Assembly: GCA_002269645.1 (NCBI GenBank)
Contig: NIVC01000110.1
Span: 682,001 to 746,000, forward strand
Reading direction: 5' to 3'
From: Macrostomum lignano
Lineage: Eukaryota
Length of the DNA stretch: 64,000 bases
Shown: positions 49,255 to 64,000 of the stretch, piece after piece
Numbering within the stretch: the stretch's first letter is position 1
Layout: each line of letters starts with the position of its first letter
Notes under the pieces: model-generated
The model's input: only the letters and a program-made list of their open reading frames with translations
Told to the model about the DNA's origin: nothing
The model's database searches: none
Position numbers and translations under genes: made by a program

Positions 49255-49489
49255 GGTTTATTGGATATTTGCAGATTGTTGTTCTCGGGGCTAGGCTTAG
49301 GCGTAGGAGCAGATTGCTTATTATCCTGCCATGAGTGTATTCATTTATTTTAGCACAAGCACGCCAGTGTCTATGGTTGTGATTGGAAGCTGAACTTGGT
49401 CAGTAATAGCGAGTATGCATACTGTTTGGATATGTCACTGAACTACTGCAAGCAGGTGCTAGAGGAAGGGAAACGAATGGAGAGAGGTC

Positions 49490-50368
49490 GTGCTAAAGGA
49501 GGAAGGGAGTGAAGTGAGGTGGGTGCTGGAGGAGGAAGGGAGTGGAGCGAGGTGGGTGCTGGAGGAGTAAAGAAGTGGAGTGAGGTGGGTGCTGGAGGAG
49601 GAAGGGAGTGGAGTGAGGTGGGTGCTGGAGGAGGAAGGGAGTGGAGCGAGGTGGGTGCTGGAGGAGGAAGGGAGTGGAGCGAGGTGGGTGCTGGAGAAGG
49701 AAGGGAGTGGAGTGAGGTGGGTGCTGGAGGAGGAAGGGAGTGGAGCGAGGTGGGTGCTGGAGGAGGAAGGGAGTGGAGCGAGGTGGGTGCTGGAGGAGGA
49801 AGGGAGTGGAGCGAGGTGGGTGCTGGAGGAGGAAGGGAGTGGAGTGAGGTGGGTGCTGGAGGAGGAAGGGAGTGGAGTAAGGTGGGTGCTGGAGGAGGAA
49901 GGGAGTGGAGTGAGGTGGGTGCTGGAGGAGGAAGGGAGTGGAGCGAGGTGGGTGCTGGAGGAGGAAGGGAGTGGAGCGAGGTGGGTGCTGGAGGAGGAAG
50001 GGAGTGGAGCGAGGTGGGTGCTGGAGGAGGAAGGGAGTGGAGCGAGGTGGGTGCTGGAGGAGGAAGGGAGTGGAGCGAGGTGGGTGCTGGAGGAGGAAGG
50101 GAGTGGAGCGAGGTGGGTGCTGGAGAAGGAAGGGAGTGGAGTGAGGTGGGTGCTGGAGGAGGAAGGGAGTGGAGCGAGGTGGGTGCTGGAGGAGGAAGGG
50201 AGTGGAGCGAGGTGGGTGCTGGAGGAGGAAGGGAGTGGAGCGAGGTGGGTGCTGGAGGAGGAAGGGAGTGGAGCGAGGTGGGTGCTGGAGGAGGAAGGGA
50301 GTGGAGTGAGGTGGGTGCTGGAAGAGGAAGGGAGTGGAGCGAGGTGGGTGCTGGAGGAGGAAGGAGTG
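49490..50368. repeat. 33-bp G-rich minisatellite (GAGGTGGGTGCTGGAGGAGGAAGGGAGTGGAGC)
   Basis: Spacer between amt and the TRC8_N-like gene. Confidence 0.96.
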
Positions 50369-50789
50369 AATCATGAGGTGGGTGCAGGGGGTTAGAAAAT
50401 TGATTGATTGCAACATTTTAATCCAGTTTTGGTGACCAGCTCTACTGGAACAGTTGCACAGACATCCATGGAATTGGTTGAAAATAAGCTAAAAAAATAA
50501 TTGAAAAATTTTTTTTTCGCTTTCCCTCTCTAAGGTCTGCTAATCCTTGAGAAGATTATTTAACTCAACAAATCTATTTCTTATGACTATTGGAAATAAA
50601 TCGCAGTTAGATGTGGGGAAACAAATCTAAGCTTCCTTTGAGATGGATATGGATACGCCGACAATAAAAGTCACTTTTTCACACGAATTTCGCTACTATT
50701 ATTTAATACGTAAATAAAGATTGAAGTCTGCACCATACTACTGATTCAGTAGAGAAAGCAGCTAATATCAATTCTCATTAGCAACATCG

Positions 50790-57772
<6,983 letters not shown>

Positions 57773-57829
57773 CTGCTGTCGAAGAGGAGGATGGGTTGGC
57801 TGGTTCGGGTGCTAGAGCGAAGGACTAAA

Positions 57830-58070
57830 TGAGCGAGGTGGTCGCCTAGATTTGGTCAGGCATTCAGAGTGCAGGGAAAGGAAAAAATCGGAGTGAGGTG
57901 GTCGCCTAGATTTGGTCAGCCAATCAGAGTGCATGGCAGGGAAGAAATCAGAGTGAGGTGGTTGCCTAGATTAAGTCAGCCAATTAGAGTGTAGGGAAGG
58001 GAAGAAGTCGGAGTGAGGTTGCTTAGATAAGATCAGCCAACCAGAGTGCAGGGAAGGGAAGAAAGTGGAG
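57830..58070. repeat. 60-bp CCAATCAG-containing repeat upstream of amt
   Basis: 4 diverged units, period 60. Confidence 0.85.
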
Positions 58071-58661
58071 TGGAGACGAATAAAATTTTATTGTCTATAA
58101 ATAACTCATTAACTACGAGCATAAAATCCAAGAAGAGAGGGTTTATTGAGGTGCGTTCTGAAGGTTATATTTCTGTTTGGGCTTTTGTCGAAAACTCGAA
58201 AGATTGGTTGCTAATTAGACAAAAGCACTGATAAACCTTTGTGAACTCACGTGTGTAACTTTTTCAAGCTGTACGTACTTTAACTGAAAATATTGTGAGC
58301 TATTGCCACTCGAGTTGATTTTTTTTAGATTTCTCAAATTTGCTTCCTATCCAATTGCTAATCAGTAAGAAGATACTTTTATAAATGTTCATATGTGAAT
58401 ACCTGCATGATAAACTCAGTGCTCTGGGCAATTCAAACTTAGTGCATACGGTTCGGCTCAAAGTAATTATCAGAGACAACGAACCAGTCGCATACTCCAG
58501 TTCATCTCATTGGTTGCTTGAACTGCGTGTGCAATACGAACTGCTTTTAGCCGCCTCGGGGCTGAACTAAACAAATTATCATCAGAGTTGCAAGCTACTT
58601 GTCGTTGTATAATATGGACATTGCAGGTCCTGCAACAATCACAGTTTGACTTTTCAGTCGA

Positions 58662-58857
58662 TGTGTCTGTCTGTCTGTCTGTCTGTCTGCTTTGGTGTTT
58701 GTTTGTCTGTCTTTCTGTCTGCCTGCCTTAGTGCTTGTTTGTCTGTCAGTCTGTCTGTTTGTCTGTCTGTCTGTCTTTCTGTCTGCCTGTCTGTCTGTCT
58801 GTCTGTCTGTCTGTCTTTCTGTCTGTCTGTCTGTCTTAGTGTCTGTCTGTCTGTCTT

Positions 58858-58946
<89 letters not shown>

Positions 58947-59098
58947 TTATCTGTCTGTCTGTCTGACTGTCTGTCTGTCTGTCTTTCTGTCTTTCTGTCT
59001 GTCTGTATGTCTGTCTTCTGTCTGTCTGTCTGTCTTAGTGTCTGTCTGTCTGTCTTAGTGTCTGTCCGTCTGTCTGTCTGTCTGCCCGTCTGTCTGTG
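58662..59098. repeat. (TCTG)n microsatellite
   Basis: Direct observation. Confidence 0.95.
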
Positions 59099-59603
59099 TT
59101 TACAGCTTCGCATCCTCCAGATTTTGTATTCCCCAGATTATGTTCCCAGTCTTAACAAACCCTTAACCAAAACATAATGACACTCGTCGTCACCAGGTTC
59201 CTAAAGTAACTTTATGGGGTTTGAGTGGTTATGAATCAAAGCACCAATTAAAATTGCAGAATCTATGTACTCAGATGAATATCTATCTTTGTACAAGTGA
59301 TAGCCTACTAATAAGTAGCGGAAAAGGATATTTAGCGATTTTTTAATGTCTATAAAAGGCATTAATGTATACAAGCTAAGTCTCACAGAAATTTGAACTG
59401 AGCGCGTATTATGCATCATTATACTGTACATTGAGTACCAGCTGGAGAACCGGACGGATATGTGAAATATCCTGTGCTCGCACTGATTCCCTAATAAATG
59501 CCAGCAAGCGGACCTACCATCAGGAACTGTTCTGGTTGGATATTCTGTGCTCAGCGTTGCCGGCTCTGCAGGAAAAGTCCTGCAGAACTCCGGCTTGTCG
59601 TGG

Positions 59604-60422
59604 ACAGGGAGAGGACAGGGAGTGAAGGACAGGGAGAGAAGGACAGGGAGAGAAGGACAGGGAGAGAAGGACAGGGAGAAAAGGACAGGGAGAGAAGGAC
59701 AGGGAGAGAAGGACAGGGAGAGAGGGACAGGGAGAGAAGGACAGGGAGAGAAGGACAGGGAGAGAAGGACAGGGAGAAAAGGACAGGGAGAGAAGGACAG
59801 GGAGAGAAGGACAGGGAGAGAAAGACAGGGAGAGAAGGACAGGGAGAGAAGGACAGGGAGAGAAGGACAGGGAGAGAAGGACAGGGAGAGAAGGACAGGG
59901 AGAGAAGGACAGGGAGAGAAGGACAGGGAGAGAAGGACACAGATGGAAGGACAGGGAGAGAAGGACAGGGAGAGAAGGACAGGGAGAGAAGGACAGGGAG
60001 AGAAGGACAGGGAGAGAAGGACAGGGAGAGAAGGACAGGGAGAGAAGGACAGGGAGAGAAGGACAGGGAGAGAAGGACAGGGAGAGAAGGACAGGGAGAA
60101 AAGGACAGGGAGAAAAGGACAGGGAGAGAAGGACAGGGAGAGAAGGACAGGGAGAGAAGGACAGGGAGAGAAGGACAGGGAGAGAAGGACAGGGAGAAAA
60201 GGACAGGGAGAGAAGGACAGGGAGAGAAGGACAGGGAGAGAAGGACAGGGAGAGAAGGACAGGGAGAGAAGGACAGGGAGAGAAGGACAGGGAGAGAAGG
60301 ACAGGGTGTGAAGGACAGGGAGAGAAGGACAGGGTATGAAGGACAGGGAGAGAAGGACAGGGTGTGAAGAACAAGGAGAGAAGGACAGGGAGAGAAGGAC
60401 AGGGTGTGAAGAACAAGGAGAG
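59604..60422. repeat. 14-bp purine-rich minisatellite (GGACAGGGAGAGAA)
   Basis: Direct observation. Confidence 0.96.
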
Positions 60423-60751
60423 AAAGACCATAGGTCTGTACAACCAGAGCTGTAGGCGATGAGAATGTAGATGTGGAGGCAAAAGAACTCAAGCGAGTCT
60501 CCAACTGTGCGGGATGGCAGGTTGCTAAATTTAGACACAATATACAATATGCCTCGTACAATAGATGGCAAGGCGGCCGTCAGCTCTCTCCTTACCTCCA
60601 TCCGCTCCACAATAAATCTCGTCCCCATTCCCCTTGCCCCCAATCAGTTGTTATAGCAACCAGCCAGTACAGGTAGCTATAGAAGCCCCAACCGCTGCAA
60701 ATTGTATAAATAATTCTCAGAGGCAATAATTGCCTGTGTTTGACCCATCAG

Positions 60752-61003
60752 ACAGAGACAGAGATGCACCACAGCCAGCAGCAGGATGCTCAGCAGCAGC
60801 CTCCGGCTCGCTCTGCCTACCAGGGCGACTTTGGCGCCTCTACGCACAGCCCGGCCGAGCGAGTTCGAGCCGTGAGGCCAGTCGATCAGCTGATCAGCCT
60901 GGGCGGCGAAGAGGCGACTGGAAAGTTCTTCGCCAAGGCTGGCGGCGGTGGCGGCGAGGCGGCGACGAGGAGGCAGCCGATTCGACCTGCTGGGGAGATC
61001 CAG
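60752..61003 (+). CDS. Probable coding exon of a gene continuing past the window; weak resemblance to the segment preceding the RIM/UNC-10 C2B domain
   Basis: GC-rich open exon between acceptor cccatcag and donor CAG|GTGTGC: MHHSQQQDAQQQPP..KFFAKAGGGGG..RRQPIRPAGEIQ (cf. F..F..G..RQ..P..G(D/E)IQ). A second frame is also open. Confidence 0.35.
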
Positions 61004-61156
61004 GTGTGCGGCTCAGGCTGGGGCAGAGGCATTTTGAGGAATCGGGAAGGCAGTATGATGGATGGGGAGCGGTGGAGAGAGGGGGAGAGGGTGTGAGGGT
61101 GTGAGATGGAGAGGGTGTGAGCAGGAGAGGGTATGAGGGAGAGAGGGTGTTAGGGG

Positions 61157-61476
61157 TGTAGAGAAAACTAACGATTGAATTATGAGATATTTAATTGGAG
61201 TTAAATTGAATCTAAGATAAGCCAGTAAGTGGGCGCAGGGCCCAAACAAGTATATTTATACCAGACATTAACTTAGGGGGTTTAAATTGCAGATAATAAA
61301 GAGAGGGGGTGGAGTGCGCGACTGAGGAAAGAGGCGAGAACGGAGAGCCAATCAGAACGCAGCAAGGGAGAGAGAGAGATAAGAATAACAAGATTGAGCT
61401 GGACAGAGAAGAGAGAAAACAGAGTAAACAGAGACAAGTGAAGGTGAACTAAGAAATGACTAGGAAAGTCGCGACA
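61157..61476 (-). repeat. LTR copy 1 (3' terminal LTR of the array)
   Basis: Ends ..CTCTACA against unrelated GA-rich host sequence; no PBS follows. Confidence 0.85.
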
Positions 61477-62357
61477 CTCCCCCCAAAAAATGAAACATTT
61501 TTTGAATTTTCGAGTACCAATAGAATTATGAATTAGAGTTCAAGAAACAAATTTAAAACAAATTTAACAATGGTGTACGAGCTACAAATACGACTAAGAA
61601 TTTCAATACAAAAACTGTGGAGACTAGAGTGAATGCAAATATTTAGACCGAATTTTAAACTTAGATTTTTATTGAGTAGTTTTTGAACCATAGCAATGAG
61701 AAGACTGAAAAGACTGAATATATCCGCCCTCCCCCCTAAAAATTAATTTAATTTTTTACATTGTGACTACATGGTGAAAGAAAAAATTGAATGACGAATT
61801 AACGAGGCGATCTGGCAGGCGATGAGCGAAGAGACGATCCGGCAGGCGATGAGCGAAGAGACGATCCGGCAGGCGATGAGCAAAGAGACGATCCGGCAGG
61901 CGATGAGCAAAGAGACGATCCGGCAGGCGAGCGAAGAGATGATCCGGCAGGCGAGCGAAGAGACGATCCGGCAGGCGAGCCCCGCGGCGCCCCGGCAGAG
62001 AATTTGAACCGAGAGAGACCGAGGACACCGCAGGACGCACCCCCGGCAGACGATGAGCGAAGAGACGATCCGGCAGGCGAGCCCTGAGGTGCCCCGGCCG
62101 AGAATTTGAGACCGAGAGAGACCGAGGACACCGCAGGACGCACCCCCGGCAGACGAAGCGATGAGGCCGACAGACGAAGCGATGAGGCCGACAGACGAAG
62201 CGATGAGGCCGACAGACGAAGCGATGAGGCCGACAAACGAAGCGATGAGGCCGACAGACGGGATGACGAGATGACTGGTGGAGGGTTACGACTATGACGA
62301 TGGCATGGCCTTTGCCAGCCTTACTGAATTGACTTAATTATTTTTCATTGGGCGCCA

Positions 62358-62677
62358 TGTAGAAAAAATACTAAACTAAAGACTAGAGAGTTACTTGGAG
62401 TTAAATTGAATCTAAGATAAGCCAGTAAGTGGGCGCAGGGCCCAAACAAGTATATTTATACCAGACATTAACTTAGGGGGTTTAAATTGCAGATAATAAA
62501 GAGAGGGGGTGGAGTGCGCGACTGAGGAAAGAGGCGAGAACGGAGAGCCAATCAGAACGCAGCAAGGGAGAGAGAGAGATAAGAATAACAAGATTGAGCT
62601 GGACAGAGAAGAGAGAAAACAGAGTAAACAGAGACAAGTGAAGGTGAACTAAAGAAATGACTAGGAAAGTCGCGACA
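62358..62677 (-). repeat. LTR copy 2 (variant U5 end)
   Basis: Near-identical to copies 1 and 3 except the terminal ~35 bp. Confidence 0.85.
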
Positions 62678-63642
62678 CTCCCCCAAAAAAATGGAACATT
62701 TTTTGAATTTTCGAGTACCATTACCAATTGAAATTAATGAGTTAGAATTAGGTCGAATTAAATTGAAAAACACATTCACAATAAATGGTGTATAAAACGA
62801 TTTGAAAAATACATAATGACTAAGAATTTGAATACAAAAACAGTAGAGCGAATGCAAAATATTTAGACCGAATTTTAAACTTAGATTTTTATTGAGTAGT
62901 TTTTGAACCAATGAGAAGACTGAAAAGACTGAATATATCCGCCCTCCCCCTAAAAATTAATTTAATTTTTTAAATTGTGACTACATGGTGAAAGAAAAAA
63001 TTGAATGACGAATTAACGAGGCGATCTGGCAGGCGATGAGCGAAGAGACGATCCGGCAGGCGATGAGCGAAGAGACGATCCGGCAGGCGATGAGCAAAGA
63101 GACGATCCGGCAGGCGATGAGCAAAGAGACGATCCGGCAGGCGAGCCCCGAGGCGCCCCGGCCGAGAATTTGAACCGAGAGAGACCGAGGACACCGCAGG
63201 ACGCACCCCCGGCAGACGACGAGCGAAGAGACGATCCGGAAGGCGAGCGAAGAGATGATCCGGCAGGCGAGCGAAGAGACGATCCGGCAGGCGAGCCCCG
63301 CGGCGCCCCGGCAGAGAATCTGAACCGAGAGAGACCGAGGACACCGCAGGACGCACCCCCGGCAGACGATGAGCGAAGAGACGATCCGGCAGGCGAGCCC
63401 TGAGGTGCCCCGGCCGAGAATTTGAGACCGAGAGAGACCGAGGACACCGCAGGACGCACCCCCGGCAGACGAAGCGATGAGGCCGACAGACGAAGCGATG
63501 AGGCCGACAGACGAAGCGATGAGGCCGACAAACGAAGCGATGAGGCCGACAGACGAAGCGATGAGAAGACTGGTGGAGGGCTACGACTATGACGATGGCA
63601 TGGCCTTTGCCAGCCTTACTGAATTGACTTAATTATTTTACA

Positions 63643-63652
63643 TTGGGCGCCA
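63643..63652 (-). promoter_or_regulatory. Primer-binding site, tRNA-Lys(CTT) type (second copy 62348-62357)
   Basis: TGGCGCCCAA directly after LTR ..ACA; matches the first 10 nt of the Lys1,2 PBS TGGCGCCCAACG.. Confidence 0.8.
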
Positions 63653-63973
63653 TGTAGAGAAAACTAACGATTGAATTATGAGATATTTAATTGGAGTTAA
63701 ATTGAATCTAAGATAAGCCAGTAAGTGGGCGCAGGGCCCAAACAAGTATATTTATACCAGACATTAACTTAGGGGGTTTAAATTGCAGATAATAAAGAGA
63801 GGGGGTGGAGTGCGCGACTGAGGAAAGAGGCGAGAACGGAGAGCCAATCAGAACGCAGCAAGGGAGAGAGAGAGATAAGAATAACAAGATTGAGCTGGAC
63901 AGAGAAGAGAGAAAACAGAGTAAACAGAGACAAGTGAAGGTGAACTAAAGAAATGACTAGGAAAGTCGCGACA
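63653..63973 (-). repeat. LTR copy 3 (U3 CCAAT/TATA, ATTAAA poly(A) signal)
   Basis: Minus strand TGTCGCGAC...CTGATTGG...GGTATAAATA...ATTAAA...CTCTACA. Confidence 0.85.
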
Positions 63974-64000
63974 CTCCCCCCAAAAAAATGGAACATTTTT

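Larger units (their letters stand above)
61157..64000 (-). mobile_element. Tandem array of a miniature non-autonomous LTR retroelement (TRIM-like): LTR-int-LTR-int-LTR, continuing off window
   Basis: Three ~320-bp direct repeats (61157-61476, 62358-62677, 63653-63973) read TGT...ACA on the minus strand. The PBS TGGCGCCCAA follows LTR3 and LTR2 directly, and T-run+GGGGG(G)AG precedes each LTR. Internal parts are 881 and 975 bp with no gag/pol. Confidence 0.88.

Noticed and set aside
49493-50416. Gly/Pro-rich repetitive ORFs resembling structural proteins
   Set aside because: 33-bp array open in multiple frames; no unique coding flanks. The same applies to the ORFs at 2.3-3.1, 4.7-6.2, 38.8-41.1, 43.8-45.8 and 58.6-60.6 kb.
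61799-63531. ORFs in the TRIM internal region as gag remnants
   Set aside because: Low-complexity repeat translations open on both strands, with no zinc knuckle, protease or RT motifs.

Overview
Eukaryotic (metazoan) genomic DNA, not prokaryotic or viral. GC-rich spliced exons sit among introns and spacers packed with many different minisatellites. This style is reminiscent of a free-living flatworm such as Macrostomum, which is an inference only. Reconstructed spliced genes: a KIF16B/STARD9-type kinesin-3 motor (-, runs off the window start), a synaptotagmin-14/16-like protein (+), a LACTB-like serine beta-lactamase-fold protein (+), a PIM kinase with a 1-nt frameshift (-), a candidate 80-aa five-exon orphan (+), a PLEKHG1/3-like DH-PH RhoGEF (+), a small coiled-coil orphan (-), a TRC8_N (RNF145/RNF139)-like multipass membrane protein whose ORF stops where the RING should begin (-), an Amt ammonium transporter (-), and one exon of a further + gene. 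Mobile DNA: a hAT-type MITE with an 8-bp TSD, a 23-bp micro-derivative of it with its own 8-bp TSD, a foldback MITE, a tRNA-derived SINE candidate, and a tandem LTR-internal-LTR-internal-LTR array of a miniature non-coding LTR retroelement (TRIM-like, tRNA-Lys PBS) at the window end. Nearly all long ORFs in the supplied track are repeat-derived artefacts. All family assignments come from motifs recognised by eye; no searches were run.
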